This document shows, one piece after another, positions 57,001 through 64,000 of a stretch of 64,000 nucleotides of DNA. Within the stretch, counting starts at the first letter, position 1, and the number at the start of each line of letters is the position of its first letter. Origin of the DNA: Spirochaetia bacterium (GTDB taxonomy: Bacteria; Spirochaetota; Spirochaetia; UBA9216); the NCBI GenBank assembly GCA_963675665.1, contig OY776510.1:4096001-4160000 (forward strand), in the 5' to 3' direction. Below the pieces are notes generated by a model, which did no database searches, had not been told where the DNA came from, and was given only the letters and a program-made list of their open reading frames with translations. Made by a program: the position numbers and the translations under genes.

Positions 57001-58143
57001 ATGAACCGTAAAAAACTTATCGTACTCGGATGCACCGGGTCTATCGGCAGAAACACAGCCACCGTATTAAAATCCAACAGGGAATATTTCAACGTTACGG
57101 GCATTTCCGCTCATACCGACGAAAGCAATCTTATGAAGTTTGCCGAAACATTCGATGTACAGAACATATGCCTGACCGGCCGTGAACCGTCGTATCCCGG
57201 AATCAATTATAAAGGTAATGACGGCCTCATCGAAATGATTAAGAACTCGGAGGCCGACATTGTTTTGAACGGTATTTCCGGCTCTGCGGGCCTGGCTTCA
57301 TCAATCGCTACCCTCGAATCAGGCAAAGATCTTGCGCTTGCAAACAAGGAAACCATTGTAATGGCCGGCGATCTGATTCTTGAACTTGCTGCAAAGAATA
57401 ATTCCGCAATTATTCCTGTAGATTCCGAACACTCTGCTATCTGGCAGCTGATCAGGGGGTTCAAAAAAGAATATATATCTGAGATTATACTGACGGCATC
57501 CGGCGGAGCATTTAGAAACAGATCAATATCATCGCTTAAAAATGTTACGGTGAATGCGGCGCTTGCCCACCCCACCTGGGAAATGGGTCCTAAAATCACA
57601 ATCGACAGCGCTACAATGGCGAACAAGGGGCTTGAAGTAATTGAAGCCCATTTCCTGTTCGGGATCCCGGCTGAAAAGATTAAAATAGTTATCAATCCGA
57701 AAAGTTATGTCCATTCGTTCATCAGAACCATTGACGGTTATCTTTACTCCCAGATTAGTCTTCCGGACATGTCCATCCCCATACAGAATGCCCTGAGCTG
57801 GCCGGAGATAATTCCGTCCAACTTTGCAGCGCTGGAGCTGCCCGGGGTATCTCTTGATTTTGAGGCGCTTGACGAACTGAAATATCCGATTGTCAGCAGC
57901 GCCTACCATACTCTGGAAAAGAAAGGGGCCTACCCTCTTGTTTTCAATGCAGCAAACGAAGTGGCTGTTGCGTCGTTTGTTGACGGGAGTATAGCTTTCA
58001 CTGATATAGCCGATATTGTAGACAAAACCCTGCAGAAAAAATGGCCGTCTCGTATTGATTCGTTTAACCATATCTTTGAGGTCGACTCGGAAGCGCGTGC
58101 TGTAACAATGAAACTAATCAATAAAATCGGACAGAATCTATGA
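57001..58143 (+). CDS. dxr: 1-deoxy-D-xylulose 5-phosphate reductoisomerase
   Basis: [36 protein letters not shown]. Confidence 0.98.
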   Translation: MNRKKLIVLGCTGSIGRNTATVLKSNREYFNVTGISAHTDESNLMKFAETFDVQNICLTGREPSYPGINYKGNDGLIEMIKNSEADIVLNGISGSAGLASSIATLESGKDLALANKETIVMAGDLILELAAKNNSAIIPVDSEHSAIWQLIRGFKKEYISEIILTASGGAFRNRSISSLKNVTVNAALAHPTWEMGPKITIDSATMANKGLEVIEAHFLFGIPAEKIKIVINPKSYVHSFIRTIDGYLYSQISLPDMSIPIQNALSWPEIIPSNFAALELPGVSLDFEALDELKYPIVSSAYHTLEKKGAYPLVFNAANEVAVASFVDGSIAFTDIADIVDKTLQKKWPSRIDSFNHIFEVDSEARAVTMKLINKIGQNL

Positions 58144-59501
58144 TTATAAATATTCTTATTGGCATCATCGGCCTTGGAATTGTTGTTTCAATCCATGAAC
58201 TGGGACATTTTGTCGCTGCAAAGCTTACCGGCATTGAGGTTGAAGCATTTTCCCTGGGCTGGGGAAAACCTGTTTTCAGACATAAATTCAAGGTGACTGA
58301 ATTCCGCATTTCCGTATTCCCGGTAGGCGGCTACTGCAAAATGAAAGGCGAAGAAATGTTTCAGAAAGCCCTGAATTCCGGAAATCCTGAAATTCCCAAA
58401 GATCCGGGGTCACTGTTTGCAGCCCATCCGTTGAAGAGGATTCTCACATATATTGCCGGACCCGGATTCAATTTTATCTTTTCAATCATTTCGCTGGGAT
58501 TAATCTGGTTTATCGGTTTTACCACGTACACCTTTGAAAACAGGGTAATACTGCTGTCCGATTACCAGGAAACTGCAATCGAATCTCTTTATCCAGCGGA
58601 TATTGCAGGAATTCAGACGGGCGACAGAATTGTCGGAATTAACGGCAAACCGGTCAACAGTTTTTACGATTGCCAGAACTACATTTCCCGCAACCCGGAT
58701 AAACCGCTTAAGCTCGAGCTTGATCGTGACGGCAGCATTATTGAAACAACAGTTACGCCCGAACTGGATAAATCTACAGGTACGGGTTACATCGGCATAT
58801 CTGCCTGGATAGAACCCGTCATCAGTTTTGTTCAGCCTGATTCATCAGCCGCCATAGCCGGACTTGAAGTAGGCGACAGGATAATTTCCATAAACGGTAT
58901 TCAAATAATGCACCAGGTTCAATTGTCGGCAATCATCAGAAATAATCCGGGAAAGCTCGAAACAGTTTATGAACGCAACAGTTCCGAACAATCGGTTTTA
59001 CTGATACCGCATGTCAATGATGCCGGAATACCATATATCGGTGTTTCATTCGCCGGCGTCGAGATAAAATCTCCCAAACTTAATTTATTTCAGGCAATCG
59101 GACGCGGAGCGGGCGAAACATTTACAACCCTGGGCCTGAGCATAAAAAGCATCGGCCTTTTCTTTAAAGGGATTAACGTCAGCGAAGCCGTAGCGGGACC
59201 GGTCAAGCTGACCTATTATATGGGCCAGGCGGCTTCATCCGGTTTTAAATCAGGCATAACGGAAGGTTTTACAAATTTCTTCCGCTTTATGAGTCTTATC
59301 AGCGTTGCCCTGGGATTTATGAACCTGCTGCCGATACCGGTAATCGACGGAGGCATGATAATCTTTAACATAGCCGAGATTATCAAAGGCTCGCCGCCCA
59401 AAACCAAATCGCTGTACCGCTATCAAATGATTGGATCTTTCCTGATTCTTCTGTTACTATTGTTAGCTGTATTCAGCGATATAAATTTCATTTTCGGCTG
59501 A
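58140..59501 (+). CDS. rseP: RIP metalloprotease RseP with two PDZ domains
   Basis: HELGH, PVGGYC, AGPGFN, two GDRI PDZ motifs, [11 protein letters not shown]. Confidence 0.97.
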   Translation: MIINILIGIIGLGIVVSIHELGHFVAAKLTGIEVEAFSLGWGKPVFRHKFKVTEFRISVFPVGGYCKMKGEEMFQKALNSGNPEIPKDPGSLFAAHPLKRILTYIAGPGFNFIFSIISLGLIWFIGFTTYTFENRVILLSDYQETAIESLYPADIAGIQTGDRIVGINGKPVNSFYDCQNYISRNPDKPLKLELDRDGSIIETTVTPELDKSTGTGYIGISAWIEPVISFVQPDSSAAIAGLEVGDRIISINGIQIMHQVQLSAIIRNNPGKLETVYERNSSEQSVLLIPHVNDAGIPYIGVSFAGVEIKSPKLNLFQAIGRGAGETFTTLGLSIKSIGLFFKGINVSEAVAGPVKLTYYMGQAASSGFKSGITEGFTNFFRFMSLISVALGFMNLLPIPVIDGGMIIFNIAEIIKGSPPKTKSLYRYQMIGSFLILLLLLLAVFSDINFIFG

Positions 59502-59517
59502 GTGCAAGGGTTATACT

Positions 59518-60108
59518 ATGATAAAGATACCGTGTCATTGCGGAAATATAATTGAATCTGATCTGGAACCTGTAGTTGATCCCGGAGACGATCCGGATAT
59601 ATATACTAAAATAATCGAAGGCGACTTCATGACCTTTCATTGCCCTCAATGCGGAACAGACCTTAAAACCGAAACGGCACTGAGGCTTACAGACTCCGGC
59701 CGCGGAATAGATATCAGCTTCATTCCTGAACTTGATCGCGGAGAATATCTCAGCGGAAGAATGGATCTTCCCGGAAAGAGAGTTGCAATAGGATACAGAG
59801 AGCTTGTCGAAAAGATTGTTCTTGCAGGAGAAAACCTTGACGACCGCCTGATTGAAATAATAAAATTCAATCTTCTTGAAAAAGCTGATTCGAACTTAAT
59901 TAAGATCTATTTCAGCCACAGGGAAAATGATGATCTCATATTTCATATACACGGGCTGAAACCTGATCAAATCGGATTGTCAAGAATACCGGGAACAGTC
60001 TATACCAAACTGTTGCCGCAGCTTGATGATCTTCTTGGGAATGATGATATTAAACTTTTTACGGAAGGCCCGTATGTTTCCGTCAGCAGGATTTATCTGG
60101 AGGACTGA
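59518..60108 (+). CDS. CpXC domain-containing protein
   Basis: CHCG and CPQCG motifs, GYRELVEK; position after rseP as in other spirochaetes. Confidence 0.85.
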   Translation: MIKIPCHCGNIIESDLEPVVDPGDDPDIYTKIIEGDFMTFHCPQCGTDLKTETALRLTDSGRGIDISFIPELDRGEYLSGRMDLPGKRVAIGYRELVEKIVLAGENLDDRLIEIIKFNLLEKADSNLIKIYFSHRENDDLIFHIHGLKPDQIGLSRIPGTVYTKLLPQLDDLLGNDDIKLFTEGPYVSVSRIYLED

Positions 60109-60111
60109 CAA

Positions 60112-62154
60112 GTGCGAAAATTAATGCCCCTGATTCTAATAATGTGTTTTACTTCTGTTTTTTCAGCATCGGCCGACGTTCCGCGGTTTATTATAAACAG
60201 CGGGCATACAGATGCTGTGTCTTCACTTGATTATCTTGAAGATGAAAGCCTTCTTTTTTCCGGAAGCAACGACGGGATGATTAAAGTCTGGAACAGCAAT
60301 ACAGGTGAAATTAAATTTCAGTTGCAGGTTTCACACATGCCGGTTTTGAAAATTGAGGTATGCAACGGAAAACCCTATGTGGCTGCGGTAATCAGCGACG
60401 GAATTAACGCGACAAACCTGGCTGTCTACAACTGGCAGACAGGCGATCTTGTATTTCGGAACAGACTTGCAGAAATGCCTTTGTTTCTGCTGTTTTCGCC
60501 CCAGGGAAACTTTTTAACATACGGTAAAACCGACTGGGACAGTCTTGTTTTCCTGGATACGGAAACGGGAAAACCGCTGAATCTTCTTTCAGAGGGCTTC
60601 GGCATAGTCTCATCGGCATTTATATCCAACAGTGAAAAAACACTGCTTACCTACAATAATTCCGGTTCAATCCAGTACTGGGACCTGGCGAATGGAAACA
60701 GAAAAACAAAAATAAACACGGCTGCGAATCTGGAATACATATCATTTACATCAAACGGAAGGTACATGACGGGGTACAGCGGAAAAGAGCTGTTGCTCAT
60801 CGATCTTCTTAAGGGAAATATAATCGATTCAATTTCCGCGGCTGCACTCAGCGGAACAGTAGTAGACCAGAAAAACGACAAACTTGTCTGGATAACCAAA
60901 ACTGCACGTGAAATAATATTCAATTCGGCGTTAATTACCGGCAGCGGTTTTACAAACACCGATGAAACAGTAATCAGAAACTTTGCCGCCCCTGCGGTAC
61001 TGCTTTCAAGCGGAGGCCGTATATTTACAGGCTATGATTCAGGAGCAATTTATAAAAAAAACAGCTGGTCGGACAGTATTGATCTTTTTTCGGAGAACAA
61101 ACTTCTGGAAATCCATGATTTTGCGATAAACGATACTGCACTTGCCATTACAGCTCCGGGAAAACTGCTCTCAATTTCATCGATTTTTTTCAAAAACAAT
61201 ATTTCCGGTATTTCAAGGGCCGAAGCCGCTTCAAATGTATTAAGCATTGATAATTCCGCTACATACGGCATAAGCTCCGGAAACCATTCGGATTTTCTGC
61301 TGTGGGAGTCAGACGGAACAACAGGCGGTTCAATACGAATTTTCAACAGTGAAACAGGCGATATAAACGAACTGGCCCTGATGTCCACCCCCCTTGTGTC
61401 TGCCGGTTATAAAAACGGAAGAATCCTTACGCTTGATCGAAACGGCGAATGCCGGATAATCAATTATAGCGACGGGACAGAGCAATTCAAATATGCTTCT
61501 TTCGGACTTCGTGCCGTTGATTTTATAGACGGCGGAAATATAATCGCCGGAAGGAACAGCTCTTCGGCCCTGCCCTCGCCCCTGCTGCATATCAATACAC
61601 GCACAGGTGAAACCGTTCCGGTTGAAGACAGTAATCTTCTTACTTTTGACCTCGAATATGACGAACTGACGCGCAAACTGTATACCCTGGGTTTTGAAGA
61701 ACGCGGCGGCATTATGCGCACGGTTCTGAAACAGCATACGGGCCGCAGTCACGACAGGGCCGAAACAATTCTTGCTGTTCCCGGCGAAGATTTCAGCGCC
61801 TCTTTTGCATCCGATACCGACAGTTCCAAACTGTTTACGTCTCTCGGGTACGACGGAGTTAAAATGCTCTACTGGGGAGGCTTCACCTCGCTGGAAAAAT
61901 CATTGAGTATTCCCAAAAAACTGAAACTAGAAGGAACACTTCTTGCATCGTTGAACCATGATTCATCTTTTACAATCTTCAATTCCTCAAACGGTTCCAA
62001 AATCATGGATCTTTTTATTTTCAGCGATCTGAGCTGGGCTGCGTTGCTCTCCGACAACATGTTTTACGTATCAGCAGGAGCGGAAAAATATATTACGGTA
62101 TATGACGGAAATACGGACCGCGAACTGCGAAAAACTGAATATATGATTAAATAA
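60112..62154 (+). CDS. WD40-repeat (beta-propeller) exported protein
   Basis: Signal peptide; GHTDAVSSL...FSGSNDGMIKVW, FSPQG, QYWD repeats. Confidence 0.88.
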   Translation: MRKLMPLILIMCFTSVFSASADVPRFIINSGHTDAVSSLDYLEDESLLFSGSNDGMIKVWNSNTGEIKFQLQVSHMPVLKIEVCNGKPYVAAVISDGINATNLAVYNWQTGDLVFRNRLAEMPLFLLFSPQGNFLTYGKTDWDSLVFLDTETGKPLNLLSEGFGIVSSAFISNSEKTLLTYNNSGSIQYWDLANGNRKTKINTAANLEYISFTSNGRYMTGYSGKELLLIDLLKGNIIDSISAAALSGTVVDQKNDKLVWITKTAREIIFNSALITGSGFTNTDETVIRNFAAPAVLLSSGGRIFTGYDSGAIYKKNSWSDSIDLFSENKLLEIHDFAINDTALAITAPGKLLSISSIFFKNNISGISRAEAASNVLSIDNSATYGISSGNHSDFLLWESDGTTGGSIRIFNSETGDINELALMSTPLVSAGYKNGRILTLDRNGECRIINYSDGTEQFKYASFGLRAVDFIDGGNIIAGRNSSSALPSPLLHINTRTGETVPVEDSNLLTFDLEYDELTRKLYTLGFEERGGIMRTVLKQHTGRSHDRAETILAVPGEDFSASFASDTDSSKLFTSLGYDGVKMLYWGGFTSLEKSLSIPKKLKLEGTLLASLNHDSSFTIFNSSNGSKIMDLFIFSDLSWAALLSDNMFYVSAGAEKYITVYDGNTDRELRKTEYMIK

Positions 62155-62303
62155 CTGATAAATTCTGAAAAAAAACAGTTATTAAAAAACACTTTCAGTT
62201 AATCCTATATATAATAAAATTTTACCGATAACTTAATATTAATTTCAGTATGGAATTCCCGGTATTTTTGTGATAAACTCGAATTGTCCGGAGGCCTGTT
62301 TTT

Positions 62304-64000
62304 ATGAATTTTAAAAAATCTCTTTTTTTGATATTTTTGGGTATTTTCTCGATTTCCTGTATGTTGTATGCACAATCATCTGAAAGGATCGATTTAAACG
62401 TGAAATATAAATATCCGGCGGCGGTAAGCTTTGAATACAAAGGCATGTCGGCACTGGCTGAGTTAGGCACCGATTACGGCGGAGACTTTATTACGACAGA
62501 TTTGGCGCTGTCAGGATATATGCCTCTCAATTTCATGCCGGCGCTTCAGCCTTTTGCCAGAATAGGACTTATAGGACTGAATACCGTTGATTCCGCCTCT
62601 GCTGAAGATTCCGGCCTTGACCGTTTTAACAACAGCCAGTTTTACGCTGAACTTGGCGCGGCATATAAAAGCCTCATGACCAAACAGTTTGAACTCGGCG
62701 GACACCTCGGCCTGGGTTTGGCGCAAATAGCCTATGATGATATCCTGAGAGACGGCGTAACCTACGGCCAGCTCAATTTTCTGGCCGATTTGGGCGGCAC
62801 AATAGGAATAAACCTTTCATACAACCTTAACCTCAGCGCAACGCCTACCCTGCGCTTCACCAGGCATTTCGGAGATTCAATTGAGAGGTTCGACGGGTTC
62901 TCGTTCGGCTTTGCATTCAGCGGATCATACAGGTTCGGAGAGGACCCGGACGCTCCCCATGCGGAAATACGAAGTATAAAGGCTGAGACGATAGAGTTTC
63001 CTCCCATCTTTGCCCCGATGCAGAGTTACTATTCCAAAAATCCCGTAACAACAATAAGCCTTAAAAATATCGAAAAAATAGACATAACGGATGTGGAAGT
63101 TTCTTTCTTCCAGGCAGGCTTTATGGATACGCCCACCCAGGCCGGAACCTTTGATGTTGTAGAGGGCGGAGATACGATAAACGTTAAAATTTCGGCAATC
63201 TACAACCAGCAGGTTTTTACAACAGAGGGAATAACCCCGCTGACGGGCGAAATCATCGTTGATTACAAAAACAACGGGCGGATTGCCCATCAGAAATTCC
63301 CGGTTTCCTATGATCTTTACGACAAGGAATCTCTGACCTGGGACGACGACAACAAGGTCGCCGCCTTCATCACTCCTTCGGACAGCGCATTGCGTAATTA
63401 CTCAAGTTATATAAGGCAGACCTGCAAAGACTACACTATAGCCGGTTTCAGTCCCGAATTACAGACGGCAATGCAGATCTATTACGCCCTTGGGGCCCTC
63501 GGAGTGCTGTACCAGCGTGATCCGACTTCTCCTTTTGAAGCCGCACAGGAAAATCCGATGATTGTAGACGCCATCAGCCTTCCGCGAAACACCCTTACCC
63601 GATCAACAGGAGACTGCGACGATCTTACAGTCCTTTTCTGCAGCCTGCTTGAATCGGTAGGTATAGAAACAGCCTTTATAACCGTACCGGGCCATATCTA
63701 CGCAGCTTTTAAAACCTCAACACCGTCAAAAAGCTACAAGATGCTTCATCCCGACAAGAACATGACGCTTAATATCGACGGGGAATTGTGGGTTCCGGTT
63801 GAAATAACCCTAATCGGTGAAGCAGACTTTCTGACAGCCTGGAGGACCGGTATTGAAGAGTTTATTGTTCATGACGATAATCCCGAAGGACGGGCGCTTA
63901 ACCGCACCCGCAAAGCCCAGGAAATATATCGTCCTGTAGTACTGACGGAAAAAGACCTTGGCCTTCAGTATGGAGACAAGAGCAGAATAGTAAAGGATTT
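62304..64000 (+). CDS. Exported protein: putative OM beta-barrel + Ig-like + transglutaminase-like domain (runs off window; absent from ORF track)
   Basis: Manual translation from ATG 62304 after GGAGG: MNFKKSLFLIFLG...; alternating Gly/aromatic strands ending SGSYRF; LTWDDD, YQRDP, GDCDD (63609-63623), PGHIY (from 63687), WVPVE (63789-63803); motifs all in the frame of the ATG. Confidence 0.85.
   Translation, partial: MNFKKSLFLIFLGIFSISCMLYAQSSERIDLNVKYKYPAAVSFEYKGMSALAELGTDYGGDFITTDLALSGYMPLNFMPALQPFARIGLIGLNTVDSASAEDSGLDRFNNSQFYAELGAAYKSLMTKQFELGGHLGLGLAQIAYDDILRDGVTYGQLNFLADLGGTIGINLSYNLNLSATPTLRFTRHFGDSIERFDGFSFGFAFSGSYRFGEDPDAPHAEIRSIKAETIEFPPIFAPMQSYYSKNPVTTISLKNIEKIDITDVEVSFFQAGFMDTPTQAGTFDVVEGGDTINVKISAIYNQQVFTTEGITPLTGEIIVDYKNNGRIAHQKFPVSYDLYDKESLTWDDDNKVAAFITPSDSALRNYSSYIRQTCKDYTIAGFSPELQTAMQIYYALGALGVLYQRDPTSPFEAAQENPMIVDAISLPRNTLTRSTGDCDDLTVLFCSLLESVGIETAFITVPGHIYAAFKTSTPSKSYKMLHPDKNMTLNIDGELWVPVEITLIGEADFLTAWRTGIEEFIVHDDNPEGRALNRTRKAQEIYRPVVLTEKDLGLQYGDKSRIVKD

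Noticed and set aside
193-63290. Numerous short ORFs antisense to or nested in long genes (e.g. 5030-5548, 16172-16915, 20717-21346, 22745-23398, 53837-54619, 62511-63290)
   Set aside because: They shadow well-supported genes on the opposite strand or in another frame, with no motifs or SDs
1-64000. tRNA, rRNA or CRISPR array
   Set aside because: Intergenic spaces are short, and I saw no cloverleaf with T-loop consensus or regularly spaced direct repeats; not confirmed by tRNAscan or Infernal

Overview
Chromosomal segment of a spirochaete, probably a free-living anaerobic member of the Spirochaetales. The call rests on the rpsB-tsf-frr-uppS-cdsA-dxr-rseP-CpXC-WD40 gene order without pyrH and a solute-binding protein N-terminus of the FAAGQQD type. 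Contents in order: a 2-oxoacid:ferredoxin oxidoreductase operon, an RRM RNA-binding protein, typA, fur plus modCAB, radical SAM and MutS-like genes, a tandem Hsp20 pair behind a sigma54-type promoter, a sugar ABC operon with an embedded flavin oxidoreductase and a divergent YesMN-like two-component system, an ECF transporter cluster, XPB helicase and partner, an aroD-aroE fusion, icd, mltD, a small AT-rich patch, and the translation/isoprenoid core. No rRNA, tRNA, CRISPR array or transposase was recognised. The most notable unexplained signal is non-coding. A composite multi-hairpin element occurs three times (2129-2243, 39218-39294, 51129-51250), each time 10-13 nt upstream of a Shine-Dalgarno. 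It shows compensatory base changes and CsrA-type RNGGAN hexaloops that always lie on the strand antisense to the downstream gene. Other leads: a soluble MotA-cytoplasmic/FliG-C-like chimera, a 17-bp-arm palindrome over the promoter of an AAA_14/DUF4143 gene, a palindrome inside the modCAB promoter next to a Fur-family gene, several apparently leaderless promoters, and an OM beta-barrel fused to a transglutaminase-like domain running off the right end. All family calls are by motif recognition only; no database search was run.
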